In this document: positions 28,985-37,857 of the stretch, in pieces
Position numbering within the stretch: the stretch's first letter is position 1
How the letters are laid out: each line of letters begins with the position of its first letter
Source: Candidatus Micrarchaeota archaeon
Lineage (GTDB): Archaea; Micrarchaeota; Micrarchaeia; Norongarragalinales; SBBD01
DNA: 64,000 bases
Direction: 5' to 3'
Assembly (NCBI GenBank): GCA_016212475.1
Contig: JACRGC010000016.1
Location: 9,824-73,823, forward strand
The notes under the pieces: generated by a model
Databases searched by the model: none
The model's input: the letters and a program-made list of their open reading frames with translations, nothing else
Told to the model about the DNA's origin: nothing
Program-made: the position numbers and the translations under genes

Positions 28985-30319
28985 ATGAAAAAAGTTTTAC
29001 TCGTAGCGCTTGGATCAACCGCACGGGCAGATTGCCTAGCGCATGCAATACATAAAAGCCATGATTCCGAGCTCCACTCCTTCATCCAAAGCAAAAACCC
29101 ATCCGTGATGCATCTTTCAAAATCCCACCAAATAGGGAAATTGGATGATTTTTCCGCAATCAAAAAATATGCCAAGCAAGTCAAGCCTGATTTAGCAATC
29201 ATTTCGCCCGACTACGCAATTGCAATTGGGGTTGCTGATATCCTCTCAGAACTTAACATTCCAGTTTTTGCACCCAAAAAATCACTTGCCCGTCTAGAAA
29301 GCTCAAAATCATTCACACGCAGGCTTTTGGAAAAATACCAAATTGCCGGATCTCCCGAGCACAAGGTTTTCGAATCCCTTGAAGGCATACGCGATTACAT
29401 GCTCTACCTGAAGGATTTTGTCGTAAAGCCAGATGGGCTAACCGGCGGAAAAGGCGTAAAAGTTTTTGGCGAGCACATGAAAACAATTGATGAGGCAGTT
29501 GATTACTGCACGGAAATTTTCAGCTCCAAAGGGATCGTAGTAATTGAGGAAAAATTAATCGGCGAAGAATTTAGCATTCAATTCTTTACGGATGGAAAAG
29601 TGTGCCTCCCTTCCCCAATAGTTCAGGATCACAAACGCGCATTTGATGGCGATTTGGGGCCAAATACCGGTGGAATGGGTTCCTATTCTTCCTCAAACCA
29701 TCTTTTGCCCTTCTTAACAAAAGAACATTTGCAAGACGCCCAGCACATAACCAACAAGGTCGCCTTTGCACTAAAAGAAGAGTTCCATGAATACTTCTGC
29801 GGAATCATGTACGGCGGATTCATGCTAACTGCTGATGGAGTTAAGCTAATAGAATACAACGCAAGGTTTGGGGACCCCGAAATTATGAACATTTTGCCAA
29901 TTCTTAAAAATGATTTTGTGGAAGTTTGCGAGGCTGCAACGCAAGGAAGGCTCGATAAGATAAAACTAATATTTGAGGAAAAAGCAACAGTTGTAAAATA
30001 CGCAGTCCCCGAAGGCTACCCTGAAAACCCCAAAAAAGGAGAGGTAATTGACATTTCCGAGTTTGCCAACACCACAGCCAAATACTATTTAGGCGCAGTT
30101 GAGGAATTCGATTCCCATTACCCCTGGAAGCTAAAAATGGGAACTTCGAGGGCAATTGCAACGGTTGGAATTGCCAACACGGTTGAGGAAGCAGAAGCCA
30201 TTGCCGAGCATTCCGTCCGGATGATCCGCGGGCCGGTTTTCCATAGGAAGGACATTGGCACAAAAGAGCTGCTGCAAAGAAGGGTTGATCACATGGCGCA
30301 AGTTAGGTTAAAAAAATGA
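28985..30319 (+). CDS. purD: Phosphoribosylamine--glycine ligase
   Basis: LESSKSF, VVKPDGLTGGKGV, QDHKRAFDGDLGPNTGGMGSYS, EYNARFGDPE. Confidence 0.96.
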   Translation: MKKVLLVALGSTARADCLAHAIHKSHDSELHSFIQSKNPSVMHLSKSHQIGKLDDFSAIKKYAKQVKPDLAIISPDYAIAIGVADILSELNIPVFAPKKSLARLESSKSFTRRLLEKYQIAGSPEHKVFESLEGIRDYMLYLKDFVVKPDGLTGGKGVKVFGEHMKTIDEAVDYCTEIFSSKGIVVIEEKLIGEEFSIQFFTDGKVCLPSPIVQDHKRAFDGDLGPNTGGMGSYSSSNHLLPFLTKEHLQDAQHITNKVAFALKEEFHEYFCGIMYGGFMLTADGVKLIEYNARFGDPEIMNILPILKNDFVEVCEAATQGRLDKIKLIFEEKATVVKYAVPEGYPENPKKGEVIDISEFANTTAKYYLGAVEEFDSHYPWKLKMGTSRAIATVGIANTVEEAEAIAEHSVRMIRGPVFHRKDIGTKELLQRRVDHMAQVRLKK

Positions 30320-30438
30320 TAAATTCCAAAGAAAAGGCTTTCGAAGAAATGGCAAAATGGGGGACCGCACATGTCAAAGCAAAAGGGCTGAAGCCTTCCC
30401 CAAAAGAAATAGTTAGGAAGCAGCATGGGAAAAAGTGA
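30316..30438 (+). CDS. 40-aa ORF (MINSKEKAFEEMAKWG...), possible antitoxin C-terminal remnant
   Basis: ATGA overlap with the purD stop; below the ORF-track cutoff; similarity to antitoxin tails is an impression only. Confidence 0.3.
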   Translation: MINSKEKAFEEMAKWGTAHVKAKGLKPSPKEIVRKQHGKK

Positions 30439-30518
30439 TTTTTTAAGGGTTTAAATGCACCAAAACCTTTTAGTTGCTTTGTGCCTATATTGATTCGGAG
30501 GCATAGCGAGGGAGTAAA

Positions 30519-30713
30519 ATGAGCAAGAATTTTGAATGGTACATAAATGCCAATTTGGAGCATGACGCTGGCAATTGGATAGTTATAATTGACGAAAAAA
30601 TTGTGGCAAGTGGAATTGACTTGAAAAGCCTGCTTGAAGAAACCGACAGGAAATTCCCGCATAAGGAATCCTTGATTGCAAGGATCCCAACCAAGGACAC
30701 ACTAATTCTCTAA
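30519..30713 (+). CDS. DUF5678-like small protein
   Basis: NFEWY..., AGNWIVIIDEKIVASG, IARIP pattern. Confidence 0.75.
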   Translation: MSKNFEWYINANLEHDAGNWIVIIDEKIVASGIDLKSLLEETDRKFPHKESLIARIPTKDTLIL

Positions 30714-30726
30714 GCTGGGTGATTGC

Positions 30727-31161
30727 ATGCGTTTTACATTCAAATACAGGAAGGCTAATGATAAATCGGGAAACAAAATCCTTCGCCCCGAAATAGAGGT
30801 AAAATTGGCAAATGGCTCAAAATCCCAAAAAGCAGTTGCCTTGCTTGATTCAGGAGCGGATACCTGCTTTATCCCAAGGGTTTTAGCAGAAAGGCTGGGC
30901 CTTGGGCTTGATGGCAAACCAACAATTACCAAAGGTGTTGGGGGCAAAATAGGGGTTTTTGAATCAACAATTAACATAGAAATTTCAGGAGGGCATGAAA
31001 AAGCAATACTGGAAAATGTTCCGGTTACAATCCCAAAAGAAGATGGTGAAACCGCCTGGATATTGCTTGGCAGGGCTGTTTTTTTCGAATATTTTGAAAT
31101 CAATTTCAGGCAGGCTGCCGACCAGATTGTCCTTAAGAAAGCGGAAGCGTCGCCTTACTGA
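30727..31161 (+). CDS. Retropepsin-like (clan AA) aspartyl protease
   Basis: ALLDSGADTC, flap GVGG, ILLGRAVFF. Confidence 0.85.
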   Translation: MRFTFKYRKANDKSGNKILRPEIEVKLANGSKSQKAVALLDSGADTCFIPRVLAERLGLGLDGKPTITKGVGGKIGVFESTINIEISGGHEKAILENVPVTIPKEDGETAWILLGRAVFFEYFEINFRQAADQIVLKKAEASPY

Positions 31162-31213
31162 AAAAATTAAAAACTTCTTTTTAATGGCAATTATTAGTTT
31201 ATCTTTGAAAAAA

Positions 31214-31840
31214 CTATTTTACTTCCTTATTCCTTTTTTTAAGTGCAAGCTTCTGGACTTCCAATAGGAATTTCCTTACGTGCTCTTTTTGTTCAACTTT
31301 TTTCAGGTTTGATGGAAAATTCATATCTGCCTGCTCTTCAACCCAGTTTAAATTTTTCCTGCTCAATTTTTTATCATTAACATAGTCGGCGATGATTTTT
31401 TCATGTTTTGGAGAATGTGTTTTGAATAAGTTGGATCCGGATTTTGGGGTGAATTTTTTTACGAGTGCGTTGAACTTAGGGTTTGATTTTGCAACCTTTA
31501 GCCAATTCTCAAATGGCGCCCTGCGATCCGCATACCTCCCTTCTTTTTTGTATGTCCGTCTGTCTTTTGTTATTTCTGCTTCTTTTAATTCTTCTTGGAT
31601 AAAATAATCCCTAACTCCTTTTACCGAATCCATATGAACCGCCGTATCCTTTCGTTCTTTTGGCGAGCCATACTCGAATTTCCTCCTTTCACTTGGCAAG
31701 TCATGGATGGTAAGATGATAAACATGTGCTCCAATCTGCTCGAGCTCTTGAGGTAGTTGCCTTGGAAACCTAAATCCCCCCATTGGATGTAATTTCATGA
31801 CTTGTTCAATGCGCTTTGTTTCCACAGGTTTTACTGGCAT
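31214..31840 (-). CDS. Basic hypothetical protein
   Basis: 208-aa K/R-rich ORF with no recognised motif. Confidence 0.65.
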   Translation of the reverse strand: MPVKPVETKRIEQVMKLHPMGGFRFPRQLPQELEQIGAHVYHLTIHDLPSERRKFEYGSPKERKDTAVHMDSVKGVRDYFIQEELKEAEITKDRRTYKKEGRYADRRAPFENWLKVAKSNPKFNALVKKFTPKSGSNLFKTHSPKHEKIIADYVNDKKLSRKNLNWVEEQADMNFPSNLKKVEQKEHVRKFLLEVQKLALKKRNKEVK

Positions 31841-31901
31841 ATAATCGCCTCAATTAATTGTTATTCGGAATAAATATACGCCCTTATATGAGTTTAACCC
31901 G

Positions 31902-32021
31902 TCAAGGCTGCTTCCACTCAATCTCATATATGCAAATTCAAATAGAGGGGGATCAGGAAGACCTTCAAACTGAGGGGGATACTTCCCCCGCGGTTCAGGG
32001 TTGTTTCCACTCAATCTCATA
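31902..32021 (-). repeat. 27-bp imperfect direct repeat of the endA 3' end (31995-32021 and 31902-31928)
   Basis: TATGAGATTGAGTGGAAACAACCCTGA vs TATGAGATTGAGTGGAAGCAGCCTTGA; both read YEIEWKQP*. Confidence 0.9.
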
Positions 32022-33161
32022 GTATTCGTATTTGCTTTTCGGCAGCTCAATCCGTTTTACTCTGTAGTAGGTGATGCTGGTTTCCCTATCGCAAATTGCC
32101 AAAATTAAGTCCAATCCAAAGCTCTTTGCCTTCTGGATGGATTCTGCTAGTTCTTCGCCACCGATTTCCTCCTCTTCACTAAGAGCTAGCATCAAAAATT
32201 TGGGTTTATCCTCCTTTGGATTTTCAATTAGCCCTCCTTTCTTCCGGTGATACAAAACAAAATCCAATTCGCCCGCCTGCTGCTTTTTTTCCCCAGGAAT
32301 TGCCAAAATAAATGTCTTCTTGACTCCGTGCGCAACCCTAATTGCCCTGCTCCACTCCGAAATCAGCATTTTTGCATCCCTTGGAAAAACATGGATCACA
32401 TGCTTTGAGTGCATCCACTCCTCAATTGCAAGGGTTGGAGCGGCCCCCGGGAAATACAACCTGAAATGCGTTCCAAACTTAAATCCGCTTTTAACAACAA
32501 ACCCCCGAAGCCTCCAATCCTCATAAACCTCATAAAGCGCAAGGAAATCATTCCTTCGTTTCGAGCATTCCTTGATCAGCTTCTTATCCGAAATATTCGC
32601 CTTCATATTTCCATGCTTAATCAGGAATAGCGTCTCATACGCATCCAATTTCAAAAGCCTTCCATGCTTTTTTGCCTTATACGTTCCATGCTGGCCAAAC
32701 CAGGTTGCCTCATAAATCACTTTCCCTTCCTCATCATCATCAATTATGGACATCAAATCATCGCTGAAAAAAAGCGCCCTTGCCTTCACATCAATTGGCG
32801 CAAATTCCTTGTATGGGTATTTTATTACCGGCGATCTTCCATAGTTCTCTTTAGCTTCCTCAATTCCCCTTGCAATAATTCCCCTATCCCTCCAATCCCT
32901 ATAGCAAAAATAGCGCGCTAAAAATTTCTTATTATCAATGAATTGTCTGGCCACCATATTGAATGAAATTTCCTTCCCATTCTTTGTTACAGTAGCATTC
33001 CTAACATCCATCAAATAAAGCGCCTCTTCTGGCATTAGAATCAGCTGTGTTTTCTTGCCTTGGTATTCCTTCCCAAAAAAGCCCCGATCAAGCGCCTGCA
33101 CGGAAATTAGATCCCGAACAATTATGGATCCATCATTTTCCAATTCTAGTGTAACTGCCAT
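31995..33161 (-). CDS. endA: tRNA-intron (BHB) splicing endonuclease, three-unit epsilon2-like type
   Basis: LMPEEALYL...YRDWRDRG unit; catalytic unit KSGFKFGTHFRLY...HSKH...RVAHGVKK; C-terminal YYEIEWKQP; GTYKAKKHG loop; 388 aa. Confidence 0.92.
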   Translation of the reverse strand: MAVTLELENDGSIIVRDLISVQALDRGFFGKEYQGKKTQLILMPEEALYLMDVRNATVTKNGKEISFNMVARQFIDNKKFLARYFCYRDWRDRGIIARGIEEAKENYGRSPVIKYPYKEFAPIDVKARALFFSDDLMSIIDDDEEGKVIYEATWFGQHGTYKAKKHGRLLKLDAYETLFLIKHGNMKANISDKKLIKECSKRRNDFLALYEVYEDWRLRGFVVKSGFKFGTHFRLYFPGAAPTLAIEEWMHSKHVIHVFPRDAKMLISEWSRAIRVAHGVKKTFILAIPGEKKQQAGELDFVLYHRKKGGLIENPKEDKPKFLMLALSEEEEIGGEELAESIQKAKSFGLDLILAICDRETSITYYRVKRIELPKSKYEYYEIEWKQP

Positions 33162-33308
33162 ATTGCAAATCTCCTCCAAGCTGCTTCCAAAGGGAGGCAA
33201 GTGCTTGTTTAAAGTTATAACTAGAATATGAATTAAATGCTAATAAACGCTTCGGGCAATCAAAACAGACTAGCGGTTTGGGTTCTAAATGCCTTCCTAA
33301 AAAAAGCT

Positions 33309-33677
33309 TCAATTGTTCTTCTTCCTTGAGTTTTTGCCCTTTTTGGAAGCAACTTCATTATCCGCGTGGGATAACTCCTTTGCAATGTTCCTAAGCCCCA
33401 AGAAGAACTCCCCTTCAAAAATCATCCCAATTGAAATGATCCCAAAAAGCGAACCTATCATGAACCAGTGGAAAAGCTTATCACTTAGGAAAAAATCATA
33501 CTGCTGGACATAATAGCCAAATTGGCTCCCCAAATACCAGTAAATAAAACCAATGAAAAATGTTGAGAGCAAAACAATCATTCCCCTCCATTTGATGTTA
33601 TACCACTCCTCGCGGTATTTGTGCGCAACTTTGTACGCCCTCATAAGCTCTTTTACTTGTCCCATGTTCTCAACCAA
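33309..33677 (-). CDS. Two-TM hypothetical membrane protein
   Basis: Two hydrophobic segments and a basic tail. Confidence 0.7.
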   Translation of the reverse strand: MVENMGQVKELMRAYKVAHKYREEWYNIKWRGMIVLLSTFFIGFIYWYLGSQFGYYVQQYDFFLSDKLFHWFMIGSLFGIISIGMIFEGEFFLGLRNIAKELSHADNEVASKKGKNSRKKNN

Positions 33678-33812
33678 ATATGTTAATTTATCCCTCCTTA
33701 TTAAAGATTATGTGTGAATGCCCGAATTCCTACTCCTTGCTCCTTTTCATTTCCAATCCAAGTTGGCTCTATTTCCAATTCCTAATCATTCCCAATCCAC
33801 TTATCCATTCCT

Positions 33813-34094
33813 CTACCTCTTCTTGAAAAACGGCAAAACCAAAGGCAGCAAGTAAAGCAAACCGCCGTAAACAAGCATGTAAAGAATAAAGATTGCGCCT
33901 CCTGCAATCGGGTATTGGAACACAAGATAATAGATCAGGATGCCGGCAACCGACATTGTAAGAATTGGGGAAAACGCCAGATGATCCCTTGCCCACTGGT
34001 AGAAGAAATAAGCCAAAACAAAAAGCCAAAGGAACCAGAAGGTGGACGCCCAAAACACAATATCATCAATTATCCCAAGCATAGCCAATTCCAT
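33813..34094 (-). CDS. Small hydrophobic membrane protein (paralog of 34177-34644)
   Basis: Almost entirely hydrophobic; LGIIDD..F...AY pattern shared with its neighbour. Confidence 0.7.
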   Translation of the reverse strand: MELAMLGIIDDIVFWASTFWFLWLFVLAYFFYQWARDHLAFSPILTMSVAGILIYYLVFQYPIAGGAIFILYMLVYGGLLYLLPLVLPFFKKR

Positions 34095-34176
34095 ATTCCA
34101 ACCACTTGAAAATCATTCGTTTATCCTGCATTCAGAAAATCAATTATTTTCCATTATTCCTTTTCATTTCCGTGCC

Positions 34177-34644
34177 TTATATGTAATGCCTTTGCATCCT
34201 CTCTTGCATCTTCTTATTGTAATTCGCATCCTTCTTTTGCTGCGCTTCCAGCCATCTTTCCTCCATCTCCTCCAATTCCAGCCCATTTTGCAATTTCTTC
34301 TGGATCTCCTGCATCTTCTTTTGCTCGGCAACCTCCGGATGCTCAAGCTCGATTCCAAATATCCTAAGCAATGGGTATAATCCGAATTGGATAAGAAACT
34401 GCAAGTGCGCGCCCATTGTGAAGAATATCACAAATATGACCACAAGGAAAATCGTAGGTATCGGCTGGTAGAGCAAGAAGTATGCTGCAATCAATGTGGC
34501 TATTCCAAAAAGGAGCTGGGATTCTCTTAGCTGCATATAAAGATAGAATTCGATGTAGGCAAACACGAATACCTTGATTACGAAATCAAAATCTTCCAGT
34601 ATCCCAAGAAGCGGCAAAACGGAAAATAAGGAAAACGGCTCCAT
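34177..34644 (-). CDS. Membrane protein with a charged C-terminal helix
   Basis: LGILEDFDF...FAY; about three TM segments then a Q/E/K-rich tail. Confidence 0.72.
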   Translation of the reverse strand: MEPFSLFSVLPLLGILEDFDFVIKVFVFAYIEFYLYMQLRESQLLFGIATLIAAYFLLYQPIPTIFLVVIFVIFFTMGAHLQFLIQFGLYPLLRIFGIELEHPEVAEQKKMQEIQKKLQNGLELEEMEERWLEAQQKKDANYNKKMQERMQRHYI

Positions 34645-34699
34645 GTTTGTTCGTTAACAGATAGGATTTACGGGTTAAAAAGGTTCACTTAAAGCGAAT

Positions 34700-35698
34700 C
34701 TAAGTGTAATCCTTTGGTTGCTTTAATTTGATTTTCGAGGGCAATTTCCCAGCAATTTGGCGCACTACATAATCTGCATCTGACCTGCGTATAGCCTGCG
34801 GCCCCCTGTAAATCGATTTTAATATCTTTAGTCCTTCTTCCCTTGTAATGTGCTGTCTAGTGTTTCCTTGAAGGTCGTGAGCCAATATCCATAACGGATT
34901 AAGTTTTGCGCTTCTATTAAGGATTCCGCGGCTGTTTCCAGGAAAATTTACATGCTCACTAGGATCCAAATAGGGCATTTGAATATGTTTGTAATACTTG
35001 TTGAAGACAAGCAGCCTATTTCTTTTCAAGGATAACTCCGCTAACTCTTTTTGCTGATCCAATGAAAGTTCCTTAGTGGATGATTTTAGGCTTTGCCATT
35101 TTTTTAGCGCTGAAGAATTGAACGGATCCACTTCAGCAACAATATATTTTGAACCGCTTGCCTTGGCTAGTTCTTGCCTTTTTTGGAAAAGGAGGTCGTA
35201 AATTCCCTTTTCCCTGTAATCTTTCCTAACCGCGGCATATTCGGCAAGTGCAATTGGTGTAGGCAAATCTTTCCTTTGTATGGATGCTTGCATTGTTGCA
35301 TATCCGACCAACTCCGGTTTTGCCTGATTTCCTTTATATGCTGCAATAAAATGATAATCCGATGATTTCCTTCCTCCCCTATTCTGACCAAAGGAACCTT
35401 TCCATGCGGCAAATTCCTGCCTTTCTTCAGCTGGAAAATCCTTTTTCCAACTGCGAAGAGTTTGAGCTAATAAATTACGTTCAAGTTTTTTTTGAGGGGA
35501 GAGGGATTGCATAAGGTTTCTTCGTTGGAGTGCTGTAAATTTCCCCCATTGCTTTGAACTTCGCGAAATAAAATCAGGATGCAATAAGACATTTCTAAAA
35601 TTGATTATTTCCCCGTCCCTAAGTTTAACCTTCTCTTCGAATTCCTTAAGGTTTTTCTTCACTTGGCCAAGTCTTGGTCTCCTTCCTTGTTCTTGCAT
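34700..35698 (-). CDS. Basic GNAT-like acetyltransferase, paralog 1
   Basis: LVGYA, AEYAAVRKDYREKGIY (acetyl-CoA motif A-like), IVAEVD. Confidence 0.7.
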   Translation of the reverse strand: MQEQGRRPRLGQVKKNLKEFEEKVKLRDGEIINFRNVLLHPDFISRSSKQWGKFTALQRRNLMQSLSPQKKLERNLLAQTLRSWKKDFPAEERQEFAAWKGSFGQNRGGRKSSDYHFIAAYKGNQAKPELVGYATMQASIQRKDLPTPIALAEYAAVRKDYREKGIYDLLFQKRQELAKASGSKYIVAEVDPFNSSALKKWQSLKSSTKELSLDQQKELAELSLKRNRLLVFNKYYKHIQMPYLDPSEHVNFPGNSRGILNRSAKLNPLWILAHDLQGNTRQHITREEGLKILKSIYRGPQAIRRSDADYVVRQIAGKLPSKIKLKQPKDYT

Positions 35699-35740
35699 TT
35701 TTACCGCTTTTTTATTCAAAATTGATAATTGTCGCAAACT

Positions 35741-36766
35741 TCACTCAATTTTCAATCTTTCAATTTTTTTCGGATCGAGCTTTCGAAATCGATCCCTGAT
35801 GCTTTTTTCAAGTTCAGGGTATTCGTGGAATAACGTCATCAATCCGGGATAAGCCTGAACCTCTACCAAAGCCATATCGAACCTTTTTGTTTTGGGATTC
35901 CAGGCAGGTGCCAAATCAACTGCCCAGCCGTGCCGAAGGAATGTCTTTTCCCTATCCCTAATGAAAGGATCATTTGCAGCCAAGCCTTCCTGGATGGACG
36001 CTGCCGAAAATGGTTTCCTAATTAAATGCGAAGTAAAGCGATGCAAGTTTGTGCTTAATCTTCCTGCAATTTTTGCCGCTGCCTCTTTCCATTCAAGTGC
36101 AAGCCGCATGGCTTCTTTTTCAGTATGGCCGCCATATTGGATGTAAAGTTTTGCCATCGAATCCTCAACCTTGCTTTTTTGGGCATTCGTATAGCCAACC
36201 GATCTTGTAAGATTGTGCCCAATTAGTGCAACCGATCCAACTATTTCCCTCCTTCCTTTGGTAAAAGGAACGTAAAAATGGCGGGTTTCAACAACGTTGC
36301 GCCCATCCAATTTTGCAGGATTGTAATTTGTTTCTATTATCCATTGGCGGTCATGTGGTTTTGGGACCCATTCCTCCTTTACCGTCCTTCGCCTAAGGGC
36401 TTTAATCCTATCCAAAGCAGTTTTTCCCGTCCAGGTATTGTTAGTTGAAGGATGCTTCAAAACATATTGGCCGTCCTTTTTTGATAAGAAAAATGTTTGG
36501 GTTCCATATGTTGCGTATGGAAAAGAATGCTTTAGGACAAGCATTTTGCCATTTTCCAGGACATTATGCATTTCCTTAGGGATGTTTTTCAAAGACCCTT
36601 TGAATTCAGCAAATTCGGGCTGGACTAAACTATACCTATTCCCATTTACCTTTGAATTGATTTTAGATCCTTTTGAAATGAATTCCCTAAGCTCAAGCTT
36701 GCTAAGAAACCCACCTTCCCTGAACAATTCGTGTTGTTTGAGTTTTTCCCTAAGAGGCAATTCCAT
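35741..36766 (-). CDS. Basic hypothetical protein, possibly divergent ATP-grasp fold
   Basis: Long ORF; WIIE, VETR, WAVD, LVEVQ..PG spacing recalls ATP-grasp motifs; weak. Confidence 0.55.
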   Translation of the reverse strand: MELPLREKLKQHELFREGGFLSKLELREFISKGSKINSKVNGNRYSLVQPEFAEFKGSLKNIPKEMHNVLENGKMLVLKHSFPYATYGTQTFFLSKKDGQYVLKHPSTNNTWTGKTALDRIKALRRRTVKEEWVPKPHDRQWIIETNYNPAKLDGRNVVETRHFYVPFTKGRREIVGSVALIGHNLTRSVGYTNAQKSKVEDSMAKLYIQYGGHTEKEAMRLALEWKEAAAKIAGRLSTNLHRFTSHLIRKPFSAASIQEGLAANDPFIRDREKTFLRHGWAVDLAPAWNPKTKRFDMALVEVQAYPGLMTLFHEYPELEKSIRDRFRKLDPKKIERLKIE

Positions 36767-36820
36767 GAAAATCAGCTTCAATTCCTTCGGAGGTTTTAAT
36801 TTGGGTTAACCCCTATAAAT

Positions 36821-37852
36821 TTACCTTTTCCTAAACGGCCTAAGCAAATCCCTTGGATCATGAAATCTTACTTCTTGGGGTATTTTGCCTTTGAAAAATT
36901 TATCCATTATGTACTTTACGTCCATCCTTTGCACATCCTGTGGGCCGGAATACATGCTATAAAGAACGTTCGAAACCTGTTTTTGATTTAGCTTATCAAT
37001 TGGTTTTTTTGTAAGGTTTATCATATACAAATCCAAAGGGTTCAATTTGCCGTCCCTATTCAATTTTCCCTGCCCCTCTCCCGGAAAACTTACGTGTTCA
37101 CTTGGATCAAGATAAGGTGCATTGGCTGGCAAATCAATTCTCCTATAGCCCAATTTAGTCATGAGTCCAACCCTTGTCCTTTTTTCATTCAAACCTGCAA
37201 GTTCCTCCTTTTCCGACTGTGAAGGATTTGTTGTATTTTTCAATTGTTGCCATCTTCCATTTTCACGGTTTCCGTATTTATCAATTTCGGCAACTAGGTA
37301 TTTTGAACCGGATTTCCTTGCTAATTCGATCCTTTTTTGCAATAATGCCTTGTAAACGCCTGCTTTCCTGGACTCTGGCAAAACCGCCCCATATTCTGCA
37401 AGAGCAAGTGGAACTGGCAATCCTTGGGATGGCCTTGAAGCATGCATGGTGGAATAGCCAACTAATTGCGGATTGGATTTTGGGCCTTTGTATGCCGCAA
37501 CAAAATGATAATCCGCTTTTCCGCTGCCTTTGCGGTTTTGGGAAAAAGAATCAAGCCATGCGCTGAACTCCTGCCTTTCTTCGGAAGGGAATTGTTTTCT
37601 CCATTGCCTAAACGCTTGAGATAGCAAATTCCTTTGGAATTTAATTTCTGGGTGCAAATTCTGTATCAAACCTTTCCTTTGGGTGCCGGTGAGTTTCCCC
37701 CATCTTTCAGATTCCCTTGAAAGAATATCCGGATGCATTTTGATGTTCGCAATATTGTATTTTCCGCCGGTTTTGAATTGCCTGCCTTCTTCAAACTGTT
37801 GAATTCCTGCCCTTGTTTTTCCAAGCCTTGGCATCCTTCCTTGTTCTGGCAT
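36821..37852 (-). CDS. Basic GNAT-like acetyltransferase, paralog 2
   Basis: Colinear with 34700-35698 (EERQEF, DYHF.AAYKG, LAEY.AV, PYLDPSEHV.FPG, KLNPL). Confidence 0.7.
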   Translation of the reverse strand: MPEQGRMPRLGKTRAGIQQFEEGRQFKTGGKYNIANIKMHPDILSRESERWGKLTGTQRKGLIQNLHPEIKFQRNLLSQAFRQWRKQFPSEERQEFSAWLDSFSQNRKGSGKADYHFVAAYKGPKSNPQLVGYSTMHASRPSQGLPVPLALAEYGAVLPESRKAGVYKALLQKRIELARKSGSKYLVAEIDKYGNRENGRWQQLKNTTNPSQSEKEELAGLNEKRTRVGLMTKLGYRRIDLPANAPYLDPSEHVSFPGEGQGKLNRDGKLNPLDLYMINLTKKPIDKLNQKQVSNVLYSMYSGPQDVQRMDVKYIMDKFFKGKIPQEVRFHDPRDLLRPFRKR

Positions 37853-37857
37853 CAAAA

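Noticed and set aside
28128..29048. Long antisense ORFs (also 14239-14847, 26786-27409, 50516-51313)
   Set aside because: Shadows of real genes on the opposite strand, with no motifs of their own.
31902..32021. endA 3' duplication as stop read-through or a BHB intron
   Set aside because: The spacer has another in-frame TGA and I could not fold a convincing BHB at the repeat boundaries.
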